A stretch of 64,000 bases of DNA, taken from IMG/VR virus record IMGVR_UViG_3300046522_000316, positions 224,001 through 288,000 of that record; one strand, written 5' to 3'. The position numbers and the translations under genes were made by a program. Source of the stretch: a virus. Taxonomy: Duplodnaviria; Caudoviricetes. A model generated the notes under the pieces. It was not told the origin of the DNA. It ran no database searches and worked only from the letters and a program-made list of their open reading frames with translations. Positions 1-8,068 of the stretch are shown in pieces (the stretch's first letter is position 1; the number at the start of each line of letters is the position of its first letter).

Positions 1-495
1 TTGGATGCAGTGAGGTTCCATGCTTTCCATCAGGTCAGCATCGCGCAGACAACATTCCAAAATGCTGTTCGGTTCAATTGGAAATGCCATGTCGCGGAAT
101 TCCGTGCAGCGAATTGCACGTTCGATCAAACCAATTCCAGCCGGGCCGAAATAGTCATGAACGCATTCAGCGGCGCGCAGACCAGAAACAGCGATTTCGA
201 TATTGTTGATATCAGGGCCTTTGCCGGTGTGACCGAAATCGTGAAACAGTGCAGCGCAAATGCCGCGTGCGTAGTCCTGCTTCAAACGCCAGCCACTGGC
301 AGTCATCAGTTCAACGAAACGCAGCGCCACGCGGATACAGTGATCAACGTTGTGGTAAGCGTTGCCGGTATCGAACTGCGCTTTTTGCACGTACCGAAAA
401 ATCGTAGCCAAACCGTATTCTTCGGTAATTGCTTCGATCATTGCCAGCCGGTAAGTGGCTGCAACGTCCAACTGCATTTTATCCAAAAGACTCAT
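1..495 (-). CDS. HD-domain metal-dependent phosphohydrolase (3' end runs off the window)
   Basis: Translated by hand from ATG at 495 (ATGA overlap with stop of 492..929): MSLLDKMQ...AYHNVDHCIRV...AALFHDFGHTG...CLRDADLMES. YHNxxH, HD and downstream D motifs in order. Not in the ORF track because it is truncated. Confidence 0.85.
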   Translation of the reverse strand, partial: MSLLDKMQLDVAATYRLAMIEAITEEYGLATIFRYVQKAQFDTGNAYHNVDHCIRVALRFVELMTASGWRLKQDYARGICAALFHDFGHTGKGPDINNIEIAVSGLRAAECVHDYFGPAGIGLIERAIRCTEFRDMAFPIEPNSILECCLRDADLMESMEPHCIQ

Positions 496-929
496 GGGAA
501 AACTCCGATGTTTGAAAGCGTGCCAAAGATGCCACCGATCAATGCGGCGAACACCATGTAACCGACAGAACGCCAGCCGTTAATTTCTTGCAGCGCCAAT
601 TTCCAGCGGTATTTCTGCGTCAGGAAAACCCCGTCTTCGATTTCCGGCAAATAACCGGTTTGTTCGAAGTGTTTCAACATGGGCAGCAGACGCTTTACCT
701 GCCCTTGCGTCAAATGCATGCGTGTGTCGCTGTGAACTTCGAGGCCTTCAGGAAACTTGAACGGCACCCAACCTTCACCCGGCACGCAGTAGCGCGTATT
801 CGATTCGTTCACGCCGAACCAGATTGCGCCCTCGGTTGCGAGACTGCTTTCCTGCAAAGAACATTCGATGCCGTAGCGGTCGGTAAAGTCCAGCAGAGAA
901 AAACCGCGCTGATTTACGTTTGCGATCAT
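492..929 (-). CDS. hypothetical phage protein
   Basis: Co-directional ORF with ATGA overlaps; no function recognised. Confidence 0.75.
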   Translation of the reverse strand: MIANVNQRGFSLLDFTDRYGIECSLQESSLATEGAIWFGVNESNTRYCVPGEGWVPFKFPEGLEVHSDTRMHLTQGQVKRLLPMLKHFEQTGYLPEIEDGVFLTQKYRWKLALQEINGWRSVGYMVFAALIGGIFGTLSNIGVFP

Positions 930-1195
930 TTTTCGTTTCCTGTATTCAAAACTTTCGGCTCGACACTTTCGAAAGGATTCGGTGACGTACTATCAACAAT
1001 ATCGACAGCGATTCGTGCGCAGGCATTGCCGTCGAGGATCTTGATGATTTCCGTCGAGTAGGCCCGGCGTGCTTTGTTCCAGCCTTCCTGCCATTCCTTA
1101 CGCGGCACATCGTCAAACGCCTGCGGATACACGCCGAGGTTAATGCTCAGGATTTTGTGCAACGTTTCCGCCAGCTGCTTTTCAACCTCAGTCAT
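926..1195 (-). CDS. hypothetical protein
   Basis: Co-directional ORF with overlaps at both ends. Confidence 0.7.
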   Translation of the reverse strand: MTEVEKQLAETLHKILSINLGVYPQAFDDVPRKEWQEGWNKARRAYSTEIIKILDGNACARIAVDIVDSTSPNPFESVEPKVLNTGNEK

Positions 1196-1464
1196 TTTTT
1201 AATCTCCACCTTGACCGTGATATCCAGATAGACCAGAAACGCGATGAAACAGAAACGGGTAATTGCGTCGTTGTACTTGTGTTTGTAAATGTCCGTGATC
1301 AGCATGACGATCAGGCCGATAAGCACAACCCATTTCACAAACTTGATGCTGACTTTAGGAAGCATTCTGTTCTTCCAGCCGCTGCTCGATCCGGTCTTCT
1401 GCTGCGCGTTCTTCAGCGAGTTCGCGTTCCAGAATTTCGTCACGTTTTTTCTGGAATTCTGCAC
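1192..1464 (-). CDS. small membrane protein (true start probably MLPKVS near 1365)
   Basis: Two hydrophobic segments (WVVLIGLIVMLI; FCFIAFLVYL). Confidence 0.55.
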   Translation of the reverse strand: MQNSRKNVTKFWNANSLKNAQQKTGSSSGWKNRMLPKVSIKFVKWVVLIGLIVMLITDIYKHKYNDAITRFCFIAFLVYLDITVKVEIKK

Positions 1465-1978
1465 GCCACTTTTTCATGATCTTGCCCCGCGAACCTTCCA
1501 GATCATTTACCACGATCAGGCCGGGGCCAACCATACGCCGCATTTTGCGAACTACGGCCTTCAGGTCAAACGACCATTCCCGATACATGCCCTCGACTTC
1601 ACCCAACAATTCCGGATCGCGAACTTCCAAAACATATTGGTACTGAATGCGCATGTGACGACCGCGCTTTTTCTGTTCGTCGATGTAGTGCCGGGCGCTG
1701 TTGTAGTTGCCAGCTTGCCACGCGCACGGTGTGGAATAACCGCCGTTGTCCCATTCCTGAATTTCGAAACCTTCGATGCGTAGCACGGCATCACAATCGC
1801 GAAACAGCGGGCGATATTTCGGATTGATTTGAATGTGGTTGCGCTTCCACCGCCGCATGATCCAACTGCCGTAAATCGGATGGTCAGGCGACACACCCGA
1901 AAACTCGCAAACCTTTTCAATTCCCGCCATTGAATTTCTTCCTGATAAAATAAATTTCACCGCCCACCATCCAGCCAC
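1355..1978 (-). CDS. hypothetical protein (start probably MAGIEK)
   Basis: Co-directional ORF; charged helical C-terminus. Confidence 0.7.
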   Translation of the reverse strand: MAGWWAVKFILSGRNSMAGIEKVCEFSGVSPDHPIYGSWIMRRWKRNHIQINPKYRPLFRDCDAVLRIEGFEIQEWDNGGYSTPCAWQAGNYNSARHYIDEQKKRGRHMRIQYQYVLEVRDPELLGEVEGMYREWSFDLKAVVRKMRRMVGPGLIVVNDLEGSRGKIMKKWRAEFQKKRDEILERELAEERAAEDRIEQRLEEQNAS

Positions 1979-2387
1979 CGACGATGAACGTAATCACCAG
2001 ACCGAGGCCACCGATCAACTTGTAGAAAAACCCTATCGACGTTTGTTCACGCTTGTCGATGCTGTACGGCCACAAAACCTCAATCGGTTTATTTCCTTCA
2101 CGCTCGAATTGGCGGTACAGGCTGTCACCGATGCTATCGCTGAATTTCAGGCCGGTTTCTTTATCTACAAAATACCCGTAGGTGTTGTAGTAGTGCTGTG
2201 CTTTGACCTGCGAGTGTTGCGCGTTGGTGTCGATCATGCGCGCACTACGCATAACTTTTTCTTCGCGTTGCTGGCCGACCTTGTAAAGCTCGACGCTGCC
2301 CCAACCCAACAACCCAACACCAACGATAATTGCCCATGCTTTAATTCGCTGACGCATCACATGAAATCCCCGTACTTGGCTTTCCAT
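1917..2387 (-). CDS. two-TM membrane protein
   Basis: Hydrophobic segments near the N- and C-termini. Confidence 0.7.
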   Translation of the reverse strand: MESQVRGFHVMRQRIKAWAIIVGVGLLGWGSVELYKVGQQREEKVMRSARMIDTNAQHSQVKAQHYYNTYGYFVDKETGLKFSDSIGDSLYRQFEREGNKPIEVLWPYSIDKREQTSIGFFYKLIGGLGLVITFIVGGWMVGGEIYFIRKKFNGGN

Positions 2388-3388
2388 TCCGCGTCTTCTT
2401 TTGCGCGAACTTTTTCACGCAATTCTGCACGCTCTTTCTTTTCGTAAGCGGCGCCGATTTCTTCCAGCTGGCGTGCAACCCACTTGCGCCCATTCTTCTC
2501 GCGCTTGACCAGATAGTTCACAGCGTCTTTATGCTTGAACTTTTTCCGGGCCTTTTCGTACAACTGCGTAAGCCGGTCGGTTGGGTTATACAGATACTGC
2601 ATATCGCCCACGCGATCATACAGGAAATACGGGCGCCCTTTGCTCTTTGGCATATCAACAACAAAACCATCGACGTGACGTTTCAGGCGTTCGAACGTGC
2701 CTTCCAAATCCCAATCGGCTTCGAGGTCGATATAAATCTTTCCATCCTGTGCTTCAGCAAATGCCTTCAGCCACAATTCAGAATTCGTTGCTTGGATAGG
2801 CCAGTTGCGATTTGCCTTTGCGCGAATTTCCATCGGTACGTGCATCGGCTGGTTGTACCAACTGCCCAAAGGAATTCCACCGTTCAACATTGTGTTGAGC
2901 GAACTAAGCCCGGTCAGGATTGGAACGTTGGATTTACGGTGGCCTTTGTACTGCGGAATACTATCTGCGAAACGCTTCGCCATTTCCGCAAGACTTTCAT
3001 GCTGGTGTTCCTTTGGTTCCCACGCCTCGAAATGGCCACCGGGGCTAACGCTAACCACTTCGTCCAACATGCCCGGATAATTCATGTACCCGTGCATCCC
3101 CATTTTTTCACCGGCTTCCCACATGCGCCGCATCACTTCGGTTTTTCCGCCGCCCTTTGGAAGGTTGGCGCCGATTGTGCCACCGCTGCAACTCCAGCGC
3201 TTACTGGTGATGCTGCTCAACTGCCAAGGCCACAGGCGCGGCTTTGCGGCGAACGTGAATTGACGCGGGCCGTGTACAACCATGTCGCGCATTTCACGCC
3301 ACGCAATAGCGGTTTGTTTATCGCTCTTCGGATCTTTGCCCAGCAGGCCGACGTAATCCGTTGGTGCGTGTTCAGGCCGATTGTTCAT
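2357..3388 (-). CDS. hypothetical protein with P-loop/RecA-like fragments
   Basis: LPKGGGKT and ILTGLSSLNTMLNGGIPLG segments; no complete ATPase motif set. Confidence 0.65.
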   Translation of the reverse strand: MNNRPEHAPTDYVGLLGKDPKSDKQTAIAWREMRDMVVHGPRQFTFAAKPRLWPWQLSSITSKRWSCSGGTIGANLPKGGGKTEVMRRMWEAGEKMGMHGYMNYPGMLDEVVSVSPGGHFEAWEPKEHQHESLAEMAKRFADSIPQYKGHRKSNVPILTGLSSLNTMLNGGIPLGSWYNQPMHVPMEIRAKANRNWPIQATNSELWLKAFAEAQDGKIYIDLEADWDLEGTFERLKRHVDGFVVDMPKSKGRPYFLYDRVGDMQYLYNPTDRLTQLYEKARKKFKHKDAVNYLVKREKNGRKWVARQLEEIGAAYEKKERAELREKVRAKEDAEWKAKYGDFM

Positions 3389-3719
3389 CGTTCTTCCTTC
3401 GCTTGATTTCCAGCACAGCAGCCGAAACTAATTTCGCCCTGCTTTTCGGTTTTAAATGGCGGTACTCTTCGTTCAAACTTTTAACGATTTGATCCGCCGA
3501 CATTCCTTTGGCTAGCCGCACCAACATGAGGTCTACGGCTACGTCGATTTCTGTACGCATTTTCAGGCCCGCAATTGACGCAGGCGGTTCACACCACGGC
3601 GGAAAGTATCGGTGTAGAACTCGACACGGTAAGGACGTTCCATAACCGTGAAGGCGTCGTAGAAGTCGATAGCCGGGCCGTCTTCGTCGCACTGCATCGG
3701 CAACGAAATGTACGGGCAC
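3372..3719 (-). CDS. hypothetical protein (true start probably MRTEID near 3560)
   Basis: C-terminal half fills the gap between neighbours. Confidence 0.5.
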   Translation of the reverse strand: MPVHFVADAVRRRRPGYRLLRRLHGYGTSLPCRVLHRYFPPWCEPPASIAGLKMRTEIDVAVDLMLVRLAKGMSADQIVKSLNEEYRHLKPKSRAKLVSAAVLEIKRRKNDEQSA

Positions 3720-4018
3720 TGGTCGAGGCGCTGACCGATCTTGGCAGCAACGGCTTTTTCGATTTCACGAATTGCGATTTCGACCATTTCTTCCATCGAA
3801 TCGCTTTTGTGTTTACCACCGTCAAACCAGAAGGTGTACACGCCGTTGCTGGTATCGAAAGACAGATAGCCTTCAGCTTGTGGCGGGAACGTAGCGGCGA
3901 ACAAGGTAGGCACAACCTCAATAAAGAATTGGCCGGGGAATTTCAACAAGGATTGTGTAGGAATCATTTGGCTCTCACTTTTCGTTGTATTCGCGTGTAC
4001 GTTTTTTGATGTGTTCAC
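3563..4018 (-). CDS. hypothetical protein
   Basis: Co-directional ORF, no motif recognised. Confidence 0.6.
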   Translation of the reverse strand: MNTSKNVHANTTKSESQMIPTQSLLKFPGQFFIEVVPTLFAATFPPQAEGYLSFDTSNGVYTFWFDGGKHKSDSMEEMVEIAIREIEKAVAAKIGQRLDQCPYISLPMQCDEDGPAIDFYDAFTVMERPYRVEFYTDTFRRGVNRLRQLRA

Positions 4019-4490
4019 GACTCAATTTCCAAATGTCTTGGTCACGCATTGAGTCACGGAATTCGGTGGTCATCAGGCCGTACATATCCGAGCCTTGACC
4101 TTTGCTATTTACTGCCCAGTCCGAATTGCCTTCCATCACGTGCGACAGGCGCCCGGTGGTTTGCATAAGTGCGTGCAGGCGTCCGGGGTTTTGCAAATAC
4201 GCTTCACGGATTGCAATGCGCATTGTGTCGATGCGTTTGGTCTGGTGGTCTTCGCGCTTTTTGCCACCGGCTTTTTTCGAGCCGTGGAATTTCGCTTTGT
4301 ACGGACAGTATGCGTCGAGAATCTTTGTGCGCAATGCTTTTTCAGAAACATCCAGCGAATAAAACTGGTACATCTGTTCGATGGATTTGAACAGGCGTTT
4401 CTTGTAGTAGAACGGTGAAGGCCACATGGCGCTCCACATCGGATTTTCATACGAGTTAAACGGTGTGGTCTTTACTGCTTTCTTCGCCAT
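3975..4490 (-). CDS. NADAR/YbiA-family protein (divergent)
   Basis: SAMWPSPF..FKSIEQMYQ..CPYKAKFHG..KREDH..RIDTM..YLQNP..LMQTTG..VMEG.SDW..G.GSDMYG..EFRD follows the NADAR pattern (FSNF.PSPF, T.EH..Q, P..AK..G, R.DW, KF.QN, LL.TG, VE...D..WG, G.N.LG, VR). Start moved to Met30 of the track ORF. Confidence 0.8.
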   Translation of the reverse strand: MAKKAVKTTPFNSYENPMWSAMWPSPFYYKKRLFKSIEQMYQFYSLDVSEKALRTKILDAYCPYKAKFHGSKKAGGKKREDHQTKRIDTMRIAIREAYLQNPGRLHALMQTTGRLSHVMEGNSDWAVNSKGQGSDMYGLMTTEFRDSMRDQDIWKLSREHIKKRTREYNEK

Positions 4491-4806
4491 TCTCTTCAAC
4501 TGCCTTTTCGATAGCGTTAAGTAATTTCTGACGGCCTTGTGGGCTGCTCTGAACAATGTTGCCGGTGTGCAGATCAATCAGCGTACCGGGCGGGTGATTC
4601 TTCAAAATCTTTTTGGCCTGTGCATCGCTGATCGTGCAACGATTTTCCTGCATAAACTTTGCAGCTTCGTCTTTCACCGAAACCCACACGGTGCCCAGTG
4701 GTTCGATGTGAGGCGAAACCGGTTTCTCTCCAACCACGAAACGAATGCGCGCCGTAGCAAACGGCCACTTGGAAAGATCCGGGCCTTCCTCATGAATTTT
4801 AATCAT
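4456..4806 (-). CDS. hypothetical protein
   Basis: Co-directional ORF. Confidence 0.65.
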   Translation of the reverse strand: MIKIHEEGPDLSKWPFATARIRFVVGEKPVSPHIEPLGTVWVSVKDEAAKFMQENRCTISDAQAKKILKNHPPGTLIDLHTGNIVQSSPQGRQKLLNAIEKAVEENGEESSKDHTV

Positions 4807-5051
4807 CGCGTTTTCCTGCTGACAATTTCGATCAAAACAAATTCGTGGTCGTCATACCAACCGTCCAGCCACTGATCCAATTTCTGGTAGGCCTGATCAC
4901 GGTCGGTGAAAAACGATTGGTTGATGTGGTTGCGATTTAATTCCTCGCGATGCACACCGCCTTCGAATTCTACTTCGAATGGGTCAACCAATTTACCGTC
5001 TTGCCAAACACGCCAGACGTATTCCGCTTTTATGTTTGAGAAATAACGCAT
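4803..5051 (-). CDS. hypothetical protein
   Basis: SD AGGGA 9 nt upstream; ATGA overlap. Confidence 0.7.
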   Translation of the reverse strand: MRYFSNIKAEYVWRVWQDGKLVDPFEVEFEGGVHREELNRNHINQSFFTDRDQAYQKLDQWLDGWYDDHEFVLIEIVSRKTR

Positions 5052-5070
5052 CTTTCATTGTCCCTAAGTT

Positions 5071-5090
5071 GGGCACCCCGAAGGGCACCC
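5071..5090 (-). promoter_or_regulatory. intergenic hairpin with cUUCGg tetraloop
   Basis: GGGUGCCC-UUCG-GGGUGCCC; no U tract, so a stability/processing hairpin rather than a classic terminator. Confidence 0.6.
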
Positions 5091-5097
5091 GCTTTGT

Positions 5098-5763
5098 TTA
5101 GTCGCAACCACCGGGGCTGCTGTCGTTGTTGCTCGACGGCGAATCGTAGCTCTCAGAACGGCTAGGAGACGAATAGGATTCGCTGCGGCTCGGTGCTGGC
5201 TCAGGCGCCGAATAAACCGGGCTGCATTGCTGTGCAGTGTGGCTAGGCGAACCGGGATAGCCTTCGGTTGCCTGTACCTGCGGAACTTCCACCACGTGCG
5301 CCCGGAAATCCGAATCGACTACAGCAAAAGCAGTAGCCGTAAGCAAAGCGCTGTTGTCTGGTTGGGGACTTTCCAGCGGATCGCGGTCATTACGGCGACG
5401 GCGATTCGACTCGCTCGCCATGTCAGAAGAAACAACACCGGGAACGTCGGTGCGGGGCCGGGACTTTGGGCCTTCTGTTTGCCCGTGCGTGCCTTTCACT
5501 TGGTACGGCAAATTTTCAGCGTGTGCAGCGCCAGACAAAACAGCAATGCGATTGCGGCATTCGTCCAGCTTCTGATCACGATCCAGAAGTTTGCGCACGT
5601 AGTCACGATTTGCGGCCTGCAATTGATGCACTTCGTTTTCCAACGTCACGCGATCTTTTTGCATTTCTTTTTGACGTGCAACGAACGCCTGCCATGCCTT
5701 CGTGTTGAACAGTACGTCGTACCAGCAAAACGATTTTACGAATACGCTCATTGTGCATTCCAT
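5098..5763 (-). CDS. coiled-coil protein with Ser-rich C-terminal tail
   Basis: Heptad-like N-terminal part; ends SRSESYSSPSRSESYDSPSSNNDSSPGGCD. Confidence 0.7.
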   Translation of the reverse strand: MECTMSVFVKSFCWYDVLFNTKAWQAFVARQKEMQKDRVTLENEVHQLQAANRDYVRKLLDRDQKLDECRNRIAVLSGAAHAENLPYQVKGTHGQTEGPKSRPRTDVPGVVSSDMASESNRRRRNDRDPLESPQPDNSALLTATAFAVVDSDFRAHVVEVPQVQATEGYPGSPSHTAQQCSPVYSAPEPAPSRSESYSSPSRSESYDSPSSNNDSSPGGCD

Positions 5764-6590
5764 CCGAGGTTAGCGAACAGGTCTTCACCGATTTCATAAT
5801 CAGTGTCCAAACTGTTCAGGTGTTCAGCGAAAAGCTTCGACCAGTTTTCCAGTTCAACGCCCGGATAAACCGAGGCGAAATCACGCAGTGCAACAGGCGG
5901 AATAAAATCGACGCCTTTTTCACGCGATCCAACGGTAACGCCTTTGCGCAGACGCAGACGCAGTGCGACCGCCACATGCAAACGACCAACGTTATCAGTT
6001 GCATCGAAAATCAAACCTTCGAAGTGCAGCGAAGCCAGATGCGCCAGACTGTGAACAGTGGCGATCAAACGTTCTGCTGGCGTGCCTTCGTTTTCCCACG
6101 CGACGAATTTTTCGCCGTTGACAAACCACGTCATTTCTTCGAACGCTTCACGCATCACGTTGTAAAGCAGCGTGGCGTATGCGTCGATAACGCTGGTCGG
6201 AATACCGCCCGCATTAATCACGGTTTTTACGTCGAGGAAATCAGTGTGTCCACCGGGGCACAGCGAACCCCGGCCCTGCAAATCCGATTCACCGTTACCT
6301 TCCCGCGCACGCATGTACGGATTCACTACCGGCTGAAATGGTGGCGTGCCGTGTTCTTCGACCGTGAAGTAATTCAGCCACTGCGCATAATCGCGGTTGC
6401 CTTTGTACGACTCGCCCCAGTGCAGGGATTCGTCGAGGTCTTCACGCTGGCCGATAATCAGACCGCGTTTGGTCAGGTTCAGGAATTGTTGAAAATCAAC
6501 TTTCACAAAACCTTTGCCACCCAAACCGAGTTGCGGAATGTCTTGCAAAACTTTGCGGCGAATTGCCACGATAGATTCTGGATATTTCAA
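5748..6590 (-). CDS. Nudix-superfamily phosphoesterase (COG4112/YmaB-like)
   Basis: YMRAREGNGESDLQGRGSLCPGGH ... NVMREAFEEM ... VGRLHVAV resembles the YxR..G.GE.RL...S...GGH ...N..RE..EE ...VG.VH pattern. Confidence 0.75.
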   Translation of the reverse strand: MKYPESIVAIRRKVLQDIPQLGLGGKGFVKVDFQQFLNLTKRGLIIGQREDLDESLHWGESYKGNRDYAQWLNYFTVEEHGTPPFQPVVNPYMRAREGNGESDLQGRGSLCPGGHTDFLDVKTVINAGGIPTSVIDAYATLLYNVMREAFEEMTWFVNGEKFVAWENEGTPAERLIATVHSLAHLASLHFEGLIFDATDNVGRLHVAVALRLRLRKGVTVGSREKGVDFIPPVALRDFASVYPGVELENWSKLFAEHLNSLDTDYEIGEDLFANLGWNAQ

Positions 6591-6602
6591 AACGGTGTTC
6601 CC

Positions 6603-6648
6603 CTAGAAGGTAGGGCCTGCCCGGATTGGACAAGCAACCTACCCCTAG
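6603..6648 (-). promoter_or_regulatory. intergenic stem-loop
   Basis: Imperfect inverted repeat CTAGGGGTAGG...CCTACCTTCTAG, immediately downstream of an ACTGTAAATA motif. Confidence 0.5.
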
Positions 6649-6662
6649 TATTTACAGTTTAA

Positions 6663-7178
6663 TCAGTTACGACCGCCAAGCTTCAGCGACAGGCCAGCGT
6701 AACGCAAACGAACGTCAGGCCCGGCGAATACCTCGGCAAACGCGTCACCGGTTTCAACAGTGAACGGAACGACCATACCGGAAGCGTTCGTGCAGGACAG
6801 GCGGAACGTGCCGTGCAAATCGGCGTACACCCAAATTTCATCGTCCGGGCGTTGTGCAGCAAACTTCTGAATCTCTTTGATCTTTTCGGAATGATCACCG
6901 ATGGTCGCAGCAGGCGAAACCGAAATCAGTTCGAAGCGGCCTTCGAAATCCGTAACGAATTTACGGTAGTGTTCGTCGTTGCCGAAATACTGAGTGAAGC
7001 GCAACCACAACGACGCCTGATTCATTTCGTCTTCCAGATACAGAAACGAAATTGGTCGAGGTTCCGGTTGGTGGCGTTCGATCATCATGTCGGTGTAGAG
7101 GCCACCCATGACGGTGTTGGTTACGCCCGCACCGGGGCGAGATTGTGCAGCGATCATTTCAGGAAAAACGTATTTCAT
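6663..7178 (-). CDS. hypothetical protein
   Basis: Co-directional ORF. Confidence 0.7.
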   Translation of the reverse strand: MKYVFPEMIAAQSRPGAGVTNTVMGGLYTDMMIERHQPEPRPISFLYLEDEMNQASLWLRFTQYFGNDEHYRKFVTDFEGRFELISVSPAATIGDHSEKIKEIQKFAAQRPDDEIWVYADLHGTFRLSCTNASGMVVPFTVETGDAFAEVFAGPDVRLRYAGLSLKLGGRN

Positions 7179-7663
7179 TTAACAGTCCTTTTTACTTCAG
7201 TTGCGAAAGCGGCCAGACCTTTTGGCGACATGCGGAGAGTTGCAACGTCCACCGTCACTTTCGGATTTTTGGCGAGCATCAGATTGAAAAACGCATTTTC
7301 TTCTGGCTCGTCCAGCTGTACGTCTGGTTCGTTATCTTCGACCACCACTTTCAACAGGCTCGGCGTGTCGAGGAAAAAGTGGTGGTGCATATCCGGATAA
7401 TTGGCGAGCGAAATATCCAACGCTTCCGCAATGGCCTTCGCACGGTAGGCCTGCATAACGTTGACCCGGTTGCCGAGTTCTTCCATGTGTTCGCGACCGT
7501 ATTTCACGACCAGTTCATGGAACAGCGCGTTCGGATTTTGTTCGTCGGTGACGTAATAAAACGCGTCGTTCGGAAAGCGCTTGATGGCCTGCACCAGCAA
7601 GTTGAATGCTGACATGGACGCACCGGCACCCGCCATGGAAAACGTAATTAATTTCGGTAGCAT
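7175..7663 (-). CDS. hypothetical protein
   Basis: Co-directional ORF. Confidence 0.7.
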   Translation of the reverse strand: MLPKLITFSMAGAGASMSAFNLLVQAIKRFPNDAFYYVTDEQNPNALFHELVVKYGREHMEELGNRVNVMQAYRAKAIAEALDISLANYPDMHHHFFLDTPSLLKVVVEDNEPDVQLDEPEENAFFNLMLAKNPKVTVDVATLRMSPKGLAAFATEVKRTVK

Positions 7664-7666
7664 TTT

Positions 7667-8068
7667 TTACTCCACGAACAGTGTGATTGTTGCAACGTCG
7701 TCACGGGCCATCTGACGTTTGATTGTGTCGCTGGTGATTTCCACCGGCAACCAATCGCCCGCGTCTTGCTTGTATTTAATCTGGCCGGGCATCCAGTAAA
7801 CGATATGGATATTCGGCGCCAGATCACCCGGCAGGTTTTTGTAATACTCGATGCATTCGTCTACCCGGCCAACGCCGTGACAAACGGCAACCGCTTTGCT
7901 CGGCTTCTGGAACTCGCCCATGACGCGCAGTTGTTGCGGCAACAAATCCTGATCGGCAACCACCACGATAAGCGACTCGAAACGCTCCAGACGTTTGCCG
8001 ATGGTGTGGCCCAACAGAAACGTCGATTGCGAACGGTCAGTGCCTGTAATCACGTTGTAGGTTTTCAT
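7667..8068 (-). CDS. hypothetical protein
   Basis: Co-directional ORF. Confidence 0.7.
   Translation of the reverse strand: MKTYNVITGTDRSQSTFLLGHTIGKRLERFESLIVVVADQDLLPQQLRVMGEFQKPSKAVAVCHGVGRVDECIEYYKNLPGDLAPNIHIVYWMPGQIKYKQDAGDWLPVEITSDTIKRQMARDDVATITLFVE

Noticed and set aside
492-929. QRGFSLLDF resembling a prepilin cleavage motif
   Set aside because: No hydrophobic helix follows (DFTDRYGIECSLQES), so it is not a class III signal.
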